From: Blepharisma stoltei ATCC 30299
Lineage: Eukaryota > Protista > Ciliophora
Assembly (NCBI GenBank): GCA_965603825.1
Contig: CBFDEM010000018.1
Coordinates: 62,001-126,000 of the forward strand
Length of the DNA: 64,000 nt
Direction of reading: 5' to 3'
Positions within the stretch are counted from its first letter, which is position 1, and each line of letters starts with the position of its first letter. Positions 1-13,520 of the stretch are shown one piece after another. The position numbers and the translations under genes are program-made. The notes under the pieces are model-generated. The model did not search any database and was not told where the DNA came from. It saw only the letters and a program-made list of their open reading frames with translations.

Positions 1-1957
1 AGGAATTTTTATCCAGTCTGAAGGAGAGCCAGACTTTTCTAAAACCCTTAAGGCAGTCATTACTAATATTGAGTATTTCCTTGAAAATAATCACTCAGTC
101 GTAGTTGTAGCGATACTAGATGGACTTACAAAAACAGTCAATGAGAAATCCAAGAAAAAGATTTCACAAAATGAGGTAACCCAAATAGGGCTTAAGCCTT
201 ATTCAAGTTATTTTGAAATTGGAAAAATCGCAGATAAATTTCATTTCGACACTACTCCAAATGAAAATTCAGCTAATTATATATCAAATTATAGTGGGAA
301 AAAAGATGAAGATGAGATTGCTCATGCTTTTATGCATTCTAACTGAAAAATGGAAACAAATCAGAAGTATCCAATAGATTTTATATTTTGTATAAAGGAA
401 AGAGAGGCTGGGAAACTCAACTCTCATTTGTGGTTTTTTGGAGGGTTTTGCCAACATATTAATCCCCGGTATGTAATTTTGCTAGATGCAGGCATCAAGC
501 CTTCAAAAAATTCTCTTAAGTATCTTTATATTGCGATGAGGAATGATGAAAATATAGCAGGGTGCACAGGAGAAATGAAACCAAAAGCGAGCAGCTGTAA
601 CAAGCTCTTTGAGTATGCCCAGAGGTCAGACTACAAATTTATTTATATGTTTGACAAAGGCTTAGAAAGTGTTTTTGGTTACATTTCAAGTCTCCCCAGC
701 AATTTTAGCGCATATCGATGGGGGCCACTCAATATGAAAATTTTGCTTGAGTCTCATTTTAAATCCATTTGTAACCCTAACGAAATTGATTTTATGAACT
801 CTAATGTCTATTTATCTGAAGATCGCCTACTCAGCTTGTCTCTTTTTGTGCAAGAAGATAAAAAATACATTTTAAGGTACGTGAAAAGATCAAAGGCCAC
901 AGTAAATGTGTCTAATAAAGTGTACAAAATAATGATACAAAGGAGAAGGTGAATCAATGGAACATGATTCATTCTTCTTGAGTCAATTAAAAAGACAGGC
1001 TTTGTCATTAAATGCAAAACTGCACACTCCCCTTTAAGAAGATTCTTATTTTTAATACAAATGTTTTTGTATTTAACCAATTTCTTTTTTTCTTGGCTTA
1101 TCATTGGGTTTTTTGCTGTATTTTTATTAGGCGGGACTCATAAATTGAATTTGGATATGTATGTGCTGAATATATTGATGATCATATATGGGCTTCTGCT
1201 GTTTTATGTTTTAATCATATCTCTTGGGGTCTCTCCAAGAAAGCTAAAAAAGGTTGATACGTCGCTGACACTTGTTGCTTTTATTTTATTTCTAGTTTCA
1301 GTTGTAAGCTGTGTAGTTATTGGAATATTTTGATTGAGAGATAGTCAAGGGTCAGAACAAGTATATATATATTCATTACTAGTAGTTGGGATCTTATTTA
1401 TCTTAAATATTATGTTCTATTTAGAAGTTTTTATCAGTATGTTCCATTATCTTGCATTGATACCTATCTTAGTCAATATATGCATGATATATGCAATTTG
1501 CAATCTTCATGATTGTTCATATGATCCTCAAAAAATGACATTCGATGAGGAAAAAAGAATGAGGAAATTCCAGACTTTTCGGTCTTTTTGGACATTGATA
1601 TGAATTGCGTCGAATGGAATCTTCACGTATTTTATGTTTATTATGATAGAAAAAGAAATCGGCACAGTTTTAATTACAGTTAGCATGATTGGGATGATTA
1701 ATTTGTGTGTGAGGTTTTCTGGAGGGCTGGGTTATCATATTCAGGAATGATTGCTTGATAAGAAATGCTCAGAAAATTATCCAACTGAAATTAATTCTGA
1801 CCCTCCTCTGATAGAGCCTGATTCTAATTTGCCAGATTTAGACAAAGAAGAGGACTCTCACGAAAATGATAGGTTTCGAATATCTAATCCTGTTGCTTTT
1901 AGGCCAAGTGAACTTCGAGAGCATCAAGCTTCCTTTAGAAATTATGATCGAATTTAA
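1..1957 (+). CDS. CHS: Chitin synthase (GT2, resembling fungal class I-III), 5'-truncated by window edge; 6 in-frame TGA=Trp
   Basis: One frame (from position 2) joins track ORFs 350, 1061, 1334 and 1751 through TGA at 344, 950, 965, 1331, 1601 and 1748, ending at TAA. Motifs: ILDG, GKLNSHLWFF, LLDAG, YLSEDRLL, QRRR(TGA)INGT, followed by TM helices. Confidence 0.93.
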
Positions 1958-2250
1958 ATAGTTTTGCATTTAGGACCTAGTATAATTAATTTTCTGAATT
2001 ATGCATCATTTATGGTACAATATCCTCTAGAATCGTTATTCTAAAAGTCTTCACCATAAAACTTTCTTCACCTGCATCAAAAATTACAAAACTGCTTTCA
2101 TTTATGATCAGTTTCATAAGAAGTATTTTTTCCTAATTAAATTTTAAATTAAATTTTATTGCTACCTTAAGCTGATGCTATTTAATTTAATTAATAAAAA
2201 TCCAAATTAGGCTGCATATTAAATTTAACTAAAAGTTGAAATTTAAGTAA

Positions 2251-2793
2251 ATGTCCACTGAACATTTTATCAGAAGAATTAATCTATTGAAGCAAGAAAA
2301 AAAATCCCTTGAAAAATTGCTTCAAAGTACAGAAGAAGAAGTTTTGAAAATAATGAAGAAAAATTCTGAAGAAAGCTGAAGAGTGAAACAGTTGCTGGAA
2401 TCAGCTTTGCCTCTTAGTAATGAAAGTAGTCGTAAAAAGCCAGGAGGAATGATAGAAAATTCTTCACAAACTGAAAATAGTTTAGCAACACTTTATCATG
2501 CGATTGCCCTTGAAGAAGAAATTATTACAGTTAAAGAAACACTCATAAATATAGCTACTAATCATAGAATGATGAAAAATAAGCTTGAAAGGAGAAAAAA
2601 GAAAAATAAAGTGTTTGAAGACTTAATAAAACAGTATCAAGAAAGAGTCGAGAGTTTAAACAGAGAAAAAGTTAATTTGAGAAATAAAATCGAAGAAAAA
2701 AGAGAGGAGCAAGGAGCCATGATTGAGTATGTTAGGTATGGGGATTTAATAGTTGATCCTGTGCCTTGTGTTTTTAAAATTCAGAATGAATAA
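2251..2793 (+). CDS. Coiled-coil hypothetical protein
   Basis: ATG 2251 is in frame with track ORF 2383 through TGA 2377. E/K-rich heptads. TAA stop. Confidence 0.75.
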
Positions 2794-4108
2794 ATAATTT
2801 TTGATTTTTTTAGTTAATGTAAATAAATTCTCATATTTTTTAAAATTTTTAGCAAAATTTTCAGCAAATTGTAATAAATCGAATATGGCAATTAATTTTT
2901 AATTTAAAATGCATGTTCATCAAATAGCATTATTTTAATTCAAAAGCCATCATAGTTTATTGAAATTAAGCTAAATTATCAATTATTTATTTTTAAAAAT
3001 TTTAAAATAATTTATCTTTATCATTTTATCTGCATCTACATAACTAAAAAATAATAAAATTAAATTATTATTTAAGCTTCTAAGTTATGATTCCTTAATG
3101 CAGACATAGAAAAATAAATTCCATATTAAAAATGACAGAAGTTCATTTCTAATTGAAAATTTTGCTTCAGCAAATAAGCTTCTATTTTTTTTGGAACGCC
3201 AACCGCAATCAATATTATTCAAGAACAGGATAATATTATATGCAATAAAAATTATGAAAAAATAATTCTGAAAATGCAGCTCAATAGTCTATTAAAAGAT
3301 TTACCTTGATTTAAAATTATATTTTATTTTAGAAATTAATTTAATTATTCAATCCTTTTTAAACGTTAATCAATTGAGTGGCAGCCATATTAGCTTGGAC
3401 TTGAAGAGAAATAATTAAAAGGAAATAGTAGAATTAGCAAAAATTCAAAAGTATTTAATAATTTATAAGAATATTTAGAGCAATTTAACTATTTGTAGTT
3501 AATATTTTAAAATAAATAAAAAACATTTTTATCAATTTTTTAGCTTCTATTACAATAATTAGCACCTTTTACTTCAAAAATATAAATAGAAATACTTAAG
3601 CAAACTATTCTCTGAGTCCATGCTGTCAAAACGTCCTGATACTACTTATCAATTCCTATTGGAATTATTTATAAAAAACAGTGGCAATTTTTAAATTATT
3701 ATTTATGTAGATTGGCTTTCTATAAATATAGAAATTTGCAAATGTCGCCATTGCAAAAGAAATAGTCTAAATATAATATACTCATATTTGTTTTAAATCA
3801 TTTCTCTCATTTATCTTTATTTTAAAAGAAAATATATATCTAAAATCATTAATGATTTGGTCTTAAATTATATGTAAAAAATTATTTTAATATATTGCTA
3901 TCTCAGCTATCTGTGAGCAAACAAAAAAAATTTGCTCGCTTAATGAAATTTGCAAAACCCTGAAATCCGCTGTTAAAAATAAATTTTAATAAAAAGTCAA
4001 AAAAATAAAAATGGCATAATAATTTACTTAATTCAAAATGGTTATTTGTATCATCATGTCTAATAATTAAATCCATTAATACCTAAATAAAACTCACCTA
4101 TAAGTAAA

Positions 4109-4669
4109 CTATTTCGTCGACCCATCTCTTGAATCTCCCGCTTCCCTGTCCGTTTGCTTTTTTCTAACACGCTTTTTTCTCTGAGGTGATGGGTTCTCTT
4201 CCAGAAACATCCATTCCCAGGCCACTCGCTTAAACTTTTCCTCGAGGGTGATTTTATCTTTCTCTTCACCCTCTTGTTTATTTTTACTGCCAACATCCCG
4301 CTTACGCCTTCTCTGCCGCTTAACCGAAATCTCAAACTGAGTAAAATAGTCTTCATCAACAGGGCTTTCTGTGTAGCGCTGACAGTTTTTCATTTCCTCT
4401 GCAATAGATTCCTTAAGTCCTGAAGATGCATTACCCAAGTCTAGTTGAAGGCTGGACAGGAAATCATAATACCCCTTCTTATCAGAGTTCCCTAATGTAT
4501 CATATGCGTTCGAAATTTCCTGGAATTTTTTGTTATTTACTTCAGGATCGTCTAAATTTTTATCAGGGTGATATTGCCGAGCCAGTTTATAATATGCTTT
4601 CTTAATTTCCGTAGGGTTTGCGTCCTTATCAACATCTAATACCTTATATAAATCATCATTTTCATCCAT
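4109..4669 (-). CDS. DnaJ/Hsp40 J-domain protein
   Basis: [35 protein letters not shown] (HPD motif). TAG stop. Confidence 0.92.
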   Translation of the reverse strand: MDENDDLYKVLDVDKDANPTEIKKAYYKLARQYHPDKNLDDPEVNNKKFQEISNAYDTLGNSDKKGYYDFLSSLQLDLGNASSGLKESIAEEMKNCQRYTESPVDEDYFTQFEISVKRQRRRKRDVGSKNKQEGEEKDKITLEEKFKRVAWEWMFLEENPSPQRKKRVRKKQTDREAGDSRDGSTK

Positions 4670-5118
4670 TTTATTTTTGCAAAGTAGGAGTGGGAAATCC
4701 TCTAGAAAATTTGAATTATTTGGGCAGAATATAAAAATTCTGAGGGGTTTTTGTGAGTGAATGCCCCCTTTGTGTGGGCGTACACAATATGATGACTAAT
4801 GTGCTATTTTTCAGGATTTTTTTGATGAATTTTCATGAAAATGGACAAATACATTTTTTTATGAATTTTGATTCTAAAGCATTATTTCGCACAATTGATT
4901 CTGCATAAGATTGATAATATTGAAATCTCTTGTTTATAATGCTAAGACCCATATATTTTCATCAGATTTAAAGTTTAAAGCCTTTCTATTTTTTTTCTTA
5001 AAAATTGCGCTTCTTGATTTTCGGTTATAGCAAGATAATTTTGCTTATAAAGGCTGTGGTTTATAAAGACAATTATTTTCTTGAAATACAAGTCGGATTA
5101 GAGTAAACTTTATCATTA

Positions 5119-5448
5119 TTATTTCGGTTGATTCCAGAAATTATGCTTCACCTTTTTCTCATTGTGTAAAGGAATCGGAGCAGGCCTTTCATTGAACACA
5201 ATTTTATTGCTTATTGTCCCTATAACCTCTAATCCGCCTTGCACTTTTTTTACAACATATAAAGGCTTTTTTATGATTTCTTGTTTTCCTCTTAGGACAT
5301 GGTTTCCGATCACTAAGGTATTTTTCCCATTTTCTTCCTTAAGTTTTCCGAGATTCATCCCGTCGAGCTCGCTCTGGGCTTTGACTTCTCCTTGGAGTTC
5401 CATCAACAGATGGCTGCTTGCCTCTCCTTTTCTCACAAATAAATTCAT
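5119..5448 (-). CDS. CTF8: Ctf8-like protein (Ctf18-RFC subunit)
   Basis: LMELQGEV..LGKL..LVIGNHVLRGK..KPL..KIVFNERPAPI matches the Ctf8 family pattern and size. Confidence 0.8.
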   Translation of the reverse strand: MNLFVRKGEASSHLLMELQGEVKAQSELDGMNLGKLKEENGKNTLVIGNHVLRGKQEIIKKPLYVVKKVQGGLEVIGTISNKIVFNERPAPIPLHNEKKVKHNFWNQPK

Positions 5449-6440
5449 TATAATTTGCGGGAATTTTAGGCCAGGATAAGCAAGTTCGTGTATCTAGGAT
5501 TTTTATAAAAAATCGAAGATTATAAGCAGGTAGATTTTTGTTCTAGATCAAAAGCCATTACTTTACATATAACGGTTCGCCAATGCTATTTAATCATATT
5601 AAGAGAATTAGGAAAAATCAATGCAAATAAATTATAAATCTTTGAACTAAGCCCGTGTACAGTAACGAAAATTATGAAGGACAAATTAATCTCATAAAAT
5701 GGATAGAGAAAAATATTTTTAAAAAGCTAATAACATCATTGGCCAATTAAAGCTTTATGATGTTTATTATTTATTTAAATATGGAAAATTTGAGAAAGGA
5801 TAGCTGGAATAGATTGATTTTAGAAGCAAGGAGATTAATAATGCTATAGGATTATAAGGTATTTATACTTAGTTGCCTATAAGTCTAGCTATGAATAAGT
5901 ATAAAAATATTTTTTCAATGAAATATCATTTGCTTTGAGATTTAAGCTTTTTCTCGTTTTTTAATTTAGTTAAAAATTAAGAAGATGACTATTTATTTTG
6001 ATATGGATCCAGAGTGAAAGCTATTAAAACCAGATGCTTTCATATTAAAATTTTTAATTCTAATATACTTTATCTATACTAAAAAAAATATTTCTCTGTA
6101 ACTATATTTGTATTCTACTTTCAAGCATGCACAAAGTCTGTATATATTAATCAATTTTATTTATTTTAACATTTTTTCTAATGGGCTAATATTGTTTGAA
6201 ATCTTAAAGGGTAATAATAAATTATCATTTTTAATAGTGAAAACTAAAATTCCTGAGACTTCTAAATGTGCTAATATCCTGCATGATTTCTGAATAAAAA
6301 TATTTTTAAATAATAATTGATTTAAAAATACCTGCAAACGCATCAAATATATAAATTTTATTTATGTTTTAGAACAAGAATTAACAACAAATCTCTTCTT
6401 CTAAATTTTAATAAGTATGAACAGTTTATATGAAATATTT

Positions 6441-7046
6441 TTAACATATTGGTGGAAGTTTAAACGCCTTTCGCACTGGAAATGGCTCTTTTCTCGCTCC
6501 TACAAAATGTATCCCTCTATTCTCATATCTCTGATGTGGTAAATGTTCTTCAATTTTTACATAATTTTCAGGATCTTCCTCAATACTTTGAAATTTTTCT
6601 TTCATGATTTGCTTTACACCAAGCTCCATTATTTGCTGTTGGACTGTCAATAAATTGTGCCTTGCTGAGTTGTTTCTATTTACAAGAAGCTCAAGTTTCT
6701 GGAAGTCTGAATCAAATGAGCTTGCTGTTGAGAATAAAGTTTTATTTTGCTTCGGAGTAAATGGTTCTGGAGATCGAGAATTTATTGATGGGAGTTTAGG
6801 AGGCTCCACTGATTTTGTTTCATTGCGTAAAGATAATTGTTCTTCTCTAGGCTTCAGCACTGAAATGCTTCTTAAAGACGGATCTTCCTGAATTGGGCTC
6901 ATTCGATTCTGAAGTTTATTGATACTGATGTTTAGGTGGTTTTCTTGTTTACTATGGTCCTGAGAATTCTTGTGAACTTTTCAGGCTGATTTACGTTTTC
7001 TTTTAGGCTTATAGATGGAATTAATTTGTGCAAGGGCTGATTTCAT
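6441..7046 (-). CDS. Hypothetical protein
   Basis: ATG 7046 is in frame with track ORF 6902 through TGA 6981-6983. TAA stop. Confidence 0.7.
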
Positions 7047-7153
7047 TTATAACTGATGTATTTAAATAGTATTTTAGATTTGCAATTATAAATATTGTCT
7101 TAACTCAAATTCTTATAGCATTAGTCTGAATTTTTAGAAAATCTTTTTAGAGT

Positions 7154-8533
7154 ATGGCGTTTTGGAAAGCACTGTGATGTTCTAGGGATAAAGAAGTCAG
7201 TGTTACAGAAACAACCCGCCTTCTTCCAAGGCTCGAGTAATTATAACTCAGGGATAACCGAATTGTCTCTAAGCAAGAGTCTCCATTTGTAGTCTTCGCA
7301 TATGGAATTGCACCGCCTCAGCTCCATCTTAGAAGAATCCCAACCGAATTCACAAGGGTTGGCATTGCAAAAATCGCTTGTGGGTCTGAACATTTTCTTA
7401 TGCTCACTGAAAACAACTTTGTTCTAGCTGCTGGGAATAATGCGTATGGACAATGTGGCCGTGATCCTCAAAGACCTATAGAAAACCCAATTTCTGACGA
7501 AAGTGCAATAATTCAAGAATCACCGACAAATTTGCGTCTTTCTGCATTTAATATTGAAAACCATAGAGTTGTTGACATAGCTGCAGGCTCCTATCACTCA
7601 TTAGTCCTAGTACACCCTCAAGGACTCAGACAAGATGCAGTTTCAAGAGTAATGGCATTTGGCCACGAGCTCGGCTGCGGATTTTTTGATAAGCAGCACC
7701 GTCATTTACCAACAGAAATAGAGCTTGGCCAGTCCTATTCAATGGAAACTGTATCCAAAATTTTTGCTGGACACATGAGATCAGCCGTGCTGCTTGAATC
7801 TGGAAAACTGCTTATGTGGGGCGAATGGTTTAATGGTGCTAAACAGCGTCAAATGAGAGAAATCAAGCTTAGCCTAAAGTCAAATGACCGTTGCAAAAAA
7901 GTCTCAATCGGAAAAATGCACGCACTCATGGTAACAGAACAAGGAAAACTTTACTCATGGGGCGACAATACATATGGAGAACTCGGAACAGGAAGAACTA
8001 TAAAAAATAAAAATTCCCCCAATTTGGTCCCATTTTTCCAAAATATGACTATTTTAGATTGTGCAGCTGGAGGAAGGCATTCTTTAGTATTAGAAGAAAC
8101 TGGAAGAGTTTTTGCCTTTGGGGATAATAGTGAAGGCCAATGTGCGATTGATGCTAATAGGACATATGAGCCTATACAAATTGAGACTGTTGGGATGTTA
8201 GGAGAAGACAGCTCAAAAGCTAGGTTTATTTATGCAGGAGATGCACATTCAGCACTGCTATCAAGTGAAGGAGATTTATTTGCGTGGGGAGATAATAGTG
8301 CGTGTAGGCTAGGAATTAGCTCAACTTCATCAGTTTTTAGACCTACACTGGTAGATGATATTATGGGGAGGAATATCTGCGCGGTGGGATTGGGAGGATT
8401 TTTCAGTGTTTGTATTATTGGGCCTCATCAGTTTTCTTTGGTAGGGAGAAATGAAAATATGATTAAAGTGCAGACGATTTTTAACGAAATGCTGCAGAAA
8501 AGAATTAATGAAGGAGAAGCGCATGAAAATTAA
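7154..8533 (+). CDS. RCC1-repeat (beta-propeller) protein; 1 intron
   Basis: ATG 7154, one TGA=Trp and intron 7237-7251 restore the frame into IAKIACGSEHFL. Repeats of the form xxGxxH..WGDNxxGxLG. Confidence 0.9.
7237..7251 (+). other. 15-nt spliceosomal intron (gtaattataactcag)
   Basis: GT..AG, A at position 10, contains an in-frame TAA. Removal keeps the RCC1 frame open. Confidence 0.88.
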
Positions 8534-8559
8534 TATAATTTAAGAAAAATTTGAAAGTT

Positions 8560-9921
8560 CTAAAGATCTTTATCTATTAAGTTTTCGAGTTTAATAAGAT
8601 CCCACTTCTTCGTCACCGCCATTTTATACATCTCATCTTTAATTTTATTCTTCTTAATTTCAGATTTGCTATTTATCAATGCATTTATTCGCTTTATTTC
8701 TTCTTTCGCTTCAATAAATGATTGTATTCTTTGTGATTTTGACTGTATTTTATCAATGCTTTCTGATTTCAAAAATTTTTCTTTTCTAGCAACTTGCTCA
8801 AGGTTTAATTTATTATTCAGCTCTCTCAATGCTTTTTTATTTTTTCTTAAATCTTGCTGACTTTTTGTGTCTCTTTTTTCCAATTTTTCAAACCGCTTGG
8901 CAAGACCTTCAGAAAATTTTTGCCGTTTCATTTCGTCTTCTTTATCAGCAATTTCTTTTTTTTCTAAAGTTTTTCGTGTTCGTTTCTCATAACTGATATG
9001 AATATTGTTGAGGTATTTTTGCTGTTCTTTATTTAACTGGTTTAAAACTTTGTCCTCTTTCGCTCATTTTTGGTAATATTGAAGGCGCCTTGTTTCTTGC
9101 TCTTTTTCGATTTGTTTTCTGACTCTTTCTAATTTTTCTTTTTTTCAATGGCTTATTTCATTTAGTTCCATTTTTCTTTGCTCGTTCATTCTTCTTATCT
9201 TTTCCAGCCTTTCTTTGCTTTCTGCGTCAGCCATTTTTACCATTTTCTGTTTCATTTTGAATTCTTTATTTGTTTTTCTGGCTGTCATCTCAATGTGCAT
9301 TCTGAATTTTTCTGCATTTCTAAGCCGCCTTTCTTCAGCATCTTTAGCTTTTTGTTCTTTTATTAGTTTCAATTTTCTTATTTCTTCCTCTTCCCTAGCT
9401 TTTCAGTCAAAATCTTTATTTTCTGCTGGCTTTTTTCTACTTTTTGATTCAGCAGTTTTTATTTTTCTTGGAGTTATGATTGGAAAGCTGTCAAGCTTAG
9501 ATTTTTCGGTAGATATTTCATCTTTTATAGCAGGACGAAGAGAGTACTGCAGTTCATGATCAATCAAAGTTCTTAGCTCTCTATTATGTTTTTCCTTATT
9601 GGCAATGGAATCTCCAAAAACTCTATCACTTAGCGATAAGGAATTAGATGGCTTTGTTTTAACATCTTCATTTAAAAGATTATTTTTCGCTTTTATAACT
9701 TTTCTTATCAGAAAAAGCCTTTTCTTTTCAAAAAAATTGCTTAATGATTGTTCGGCCTTAGGTGAGATTTCTATCTTTTTAAAATCTCTTGAGCTTTTCG
9801 GCAATAAATCTTGAGGTTTTATCCCTTCTCTTAGACATGCTTCAATTGTTCTTGGTGTATTCGATAGCCCATACTCTTCAAGCTGTTTTAAATTCTCAAG
9901 TGATTTCTTATTTTTTATCAT
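8560..9921 (-). CDS. Long coiled-coil protein
   Basis: Track ORFs 9403-9921, 9145-9372 and 8560-8931 are one frame joined by three TGA codons. K/E/R-rich. TAG stop. Confidence 0.82.
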
Positions 9922-9948
9922 TATAGAAAATAGATCATGTTAATTAGC

Positions 9949-10806
9949 TTAAAAGACATTAGACTGTTGGTAGCCCATACCTTTCAAGACCTTTCTCCCA
10001 TTAAGTAACTTAATGATTGAATTTGAGTCAAAGCCAGCATTTCTCGAGCCGTTTTGGAAACTAGCAAAAGGTTTTGGGATTGTTTTGGAGACATTATTGA
10101 ATCTCATTGAAGAAAGAGCTTTCACTGGTGACGATCCGCCTTCTCCATAAGTAAACGACCTATTCGTAAAATTCTCTGATTTTCCTGTGATCGGGTTAAA
10201 TAGTCCTCTTTTCATCTGTTTATCTCTTATAGGCGAAGAGTCATTTTTTAGCTCAAATTCTGATCTAAGAGTGGTCCTGTCAATAATATAATTTTTGGTA
10301 ATTCCACGGATAGGGTCAAATGACTTAGGCAAGGACTTGGAATAAATTATCATTTGGCCGTTATCATATGATTTCGATACTGGATTATTGAATTTAGATC
10401 CTTGGTAGCTTGCCTTAGTTTTTACTTGCTCATATAGCTTATTGATATCAATTGGGTCTTCTTTAAATTCTTGAAAAGTCGCAAATGGGGGTTGCGTTGC
10501 TGCTCGATTCGGAGAGTTTGACTTGCTACTGGATTTTTCTGGAGAATAGACCTTTTCTTCTTTATTGTAGATCTCTTTTAGTAAGGTTTCAGCTCTTAGA
10601 ATTTTTTCATTTTCTGATGGCTGTCTTAAATAATGAAGAAGATCGCCTCCATCTGAGGAGTTTCGTATATGATTCGAACGATAAGTTTCTGAAGAGGCTG
10701 GTATGGCACGGTTTAATTCATATGATGCGGTTTTTTGAGGACTTTTCAGCGTTGGGCTCGGAGTAAATGATCTCTGTGGGTAGTGGTAAACATTGACTTT
10801 GCTCAT
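9949..10806 (-). CDS. Hypothetical S/P-rich protein with FDPIRG/FNPITG repeats
   Basis: 285-aa open frame, TAA stop. Confidence 0.75.
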   Translation of the reverse strand: MSKVNVYHYPQRSFTPSPTLKSPQKTASYELNRAIPASSETYRSNHIRNSSDGGDLLHYLRQPSENEKILRAETLLKEIYNKEEKVYSPEKSSSKSNSPNRAATQPPFATFQEFKEDPIDINKLYEQVKTKASYQGSKFNNPVSKSYDNGQMIIYSKSLPKSFDPIRGITKNYIIDRTTLRSEFELKNDSSPIRDKQMKRGLFNPITGKSENFTNRSFTYGEGGSSPVKALSSMRFNNVSKTIPKPFASFQNGSRNAGFDSNSIIKLLNGRKVLKGMGYQQSNVF

Positions 10807-11052
10807 AATTACGTTAATTTATTCCAAAATGAAATTAATCTTTTTTATGCAATTAATACATAGGCTAAAAATATATAAAATAGCTTTTTATAAATAAATT
10901 TAATTTATTTTCTTGTATGTTTTACAAACAATTTTAATTTCAAGAAAAATGATTTTATATAAGCTTGAATAAATTATGATTTAATTAATTAAATTAATAG
11001 CATTATGCTAGAAACAACTTCTCTACATGTTATATTTAAACGTGAATTTAAT

Positions 11053-12399
11053 ATGGTGAATCTATTGATTCTTCTTTCTCTCACATTTTTATCTTACGCT
11101 TACAACCAAACTCTCTTTATTTTCAACCAAACTCTTGACCACTTTCATGTCCCATATCAAGATGCTGGCACTTTTCCTCAGCGATACTGAATCGTAGACA
11201 ACTACTTTAATCCTTCATATGGCCTTGTATTTCTATATCTCTGTGGTGAATATGAATGCCCAGGGGTTGACCCTACAAGACTTTTCCCCCTCCAAGTGGC
11301 CAAAGATAATAAAGCTCGGTTTGTAGTCCTTGAACACCGTTATTATGGAGAATCATTACCTTATAACTACTCTGGGATGCTGCCTCAGCTGCTTACCTAT
11401 TTAAACGCTGAACAAGCTTTAGCAGACATTGCTCAATTTATTCGGTTCCTTAATGGAGAAATGGCTCTCACAAACCCAGGAGTTTCTTTTAAGTGGGTAG
11501 TAGTCGGTGGAAGCTATGCAGGAGGTCTAAGTGGCTGGGTCAAAACTCGCTACCCAGACCTCGTCGCTGTCTCATGGGCTAGTTCAGCTGTGGTTAGGCC
11601 CATTCTAAACTTCACAGACTTCGACAAGCAAGTATATCTCTCAGCCTTAAAAAGTGGCCAATCCTGTGTAAATGCGATACGTGCTGTAAATTCTTTAGTA
11701 GAAACCCAATATTTAGCGAATAATCTTGGCCCAGTCACTGACATATTTAATGCGACTGCAGCTTTTCAAGGGACCCCTGACAAGAGACCAGTGCTGTTTT
11801 ATATCACTGATATAATGGCTGAGCTGATACAGTATGGGCATAGGACTGAGCTATGTGACGCTTTGATTGCAGTTGACAATGCGTGGGACATGCTAAAAGA
11901 AGTAGCTATTTTAGGAGACGAGTATGGGATGGCTGATCCAACAGGATATGCTGTGAATTCTCTAGGGTCATTTGTGTGGACTCCAAGTACTGCAGGAAGA
12001 CAGTGGTGGTGGCAGCAATGCACACAGTTTGGCTGGATGCAGACGCCCTCTGAGTATCAAATGAGGTCAAAATACTTAAATTTGACATTTTGGGATTGGT
12101 ATTGTAACGCTATTTATAATTACCCAGGAGGTCTCCCATTACCTGACGTAGATATTGCAGGCTATGATCTAAATTATCTAGGCACCAATATACTTTATAC
12201 AAATGGAGACGAAGACCCTTGGCAGTGGGCTGGAATCAACGTAACCAGCACTGATGCAAGGCCTGTTTTGCTCATTAAATGTGAAAACTGTGGACACTGC
12301 GTTGAACTCTATACACCTGCTCCAACTGATCCTATTGAGCTGACAAGGGCTAGAATCAATATAAGGTCATTAATTTCAAAACTCCTGAGAAATAATTAA
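11053..12399 (+). CDS. Secreted/lysosomal serine peptidase, family S28
   Basis: Signal peptide, QTLDHF, QRY(TGA 11188), EHRYYGES, QALADIA, GGSYAG nucleophile, NGDEDPW, HC. Confidence 0.93.
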
Positions 12400-12460
12400 T
12401 ACTAATCGACATTTTTATAATAAAAGGTTAAGGGCTATGCTATAATTATTTAAAAGCCCC

Positions 12461-13393
12461 ATGAACGTAAAATTCTTGCTATCCGCAGACAACAAAGAAA
12501 ATATTTCTTCGAGGTCTTACTACAACCCATTCAAGCTGAAATCTTCAGTAAAAGTCTTGCAATTTGGAGAAAACAAAAATTTATCGATTGATATTGACCT
12601 ACAGGACAGTGAAAATCCTAAATATTTAGGGTGTTATGCAAAAGAAATATTTAGAAATCTCAAACGAATAGAAACGTCATGCACTCCTCAGTATGGCTAT
12701 ATAAAGCAGCAGTTCCAAATCACAGAAAAAATGCGAGCAATTCTTATAGACTGGATAATTGACGTTCATAACAAGTTTCAGCTTAAGCCTGAAACTTTGT
12801 TTCTGACTGTAAATCTTATTGATAGATACTTAGAAAGGTCACAAATAGCAAAAGAAAACCTTCAATTGGTCGGGGTAACTGGCTTGTTTATTGCTTGCAA
12901 ATATGAAGAAATATATGCACCATATGCAAAGGATATGGAAAAAGTTACAAGTAATGCGTATACAAAAAGCCAGATTATTGATATGGAAAGAAACATGCTA
13001 AAAGTGCTGGAATATAACATTACAGTAACTTCTTCCTATGAATTTCTTGAAAGATTTGCTCGAATTGTGATGATGGAAAGCAGAGCTCATAGCCTGGCAA
13101 GGTATTTTATAGAACTTTGCTTATTAGACTGCAAAATGATAAAATTCAGCTCATCTACAATGGCAGGATCTGCTGTATATTTGTCTCACAAAATGCTAAA
13201 ATTTATGCCGGCTTGAGATCATAGACTAGAAGAGGAAAGCCAATTGACAGAGAACGATTTAAGAAACTGTGCAAGAGAGATGTGCGGACTGATCCAGGGG
13301 ATTAAAAAAACTGGATTAGAAGCTATAATAAGGAAATATTCATTACCTAAATATCATGAGGTCGCAAATATCGAAATGCTTATGGTGAGGTAA
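12461..13393 (+). CDS. Mitotic-type (A/B-like) cyclin
   Basis: MRAILIDWI..ETLFLTVNLIDRYL..LQLVGVTGLFIACKYEE cyclin box and an N-terminal KEN box. Extends through TGA 13214 to RKYS..VA and TAA 13391-13393. Confidence 0.92.
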
Positions 13394-13520
13394 GGTATAA
13401 TTTGTAATATTTAAAGCATTTGCTATTAAATTTTTTAATTTCCGAGCTTTATATAGTATTTTCTATATAGTCTAAAACATAAAATTCCTGTATATATGAA
13501 AAATTTGCATATTTCCCATA

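Noticed and set aside
2800-4050. Germline-limited IES in long AT-rich intergenic tracts (also 15760-16940 and 60600-61830)
   Set aside because: No gene is interrupted and no terminal inverted repeats were seen. This cannot be judged without a MIC/MAC comparison.
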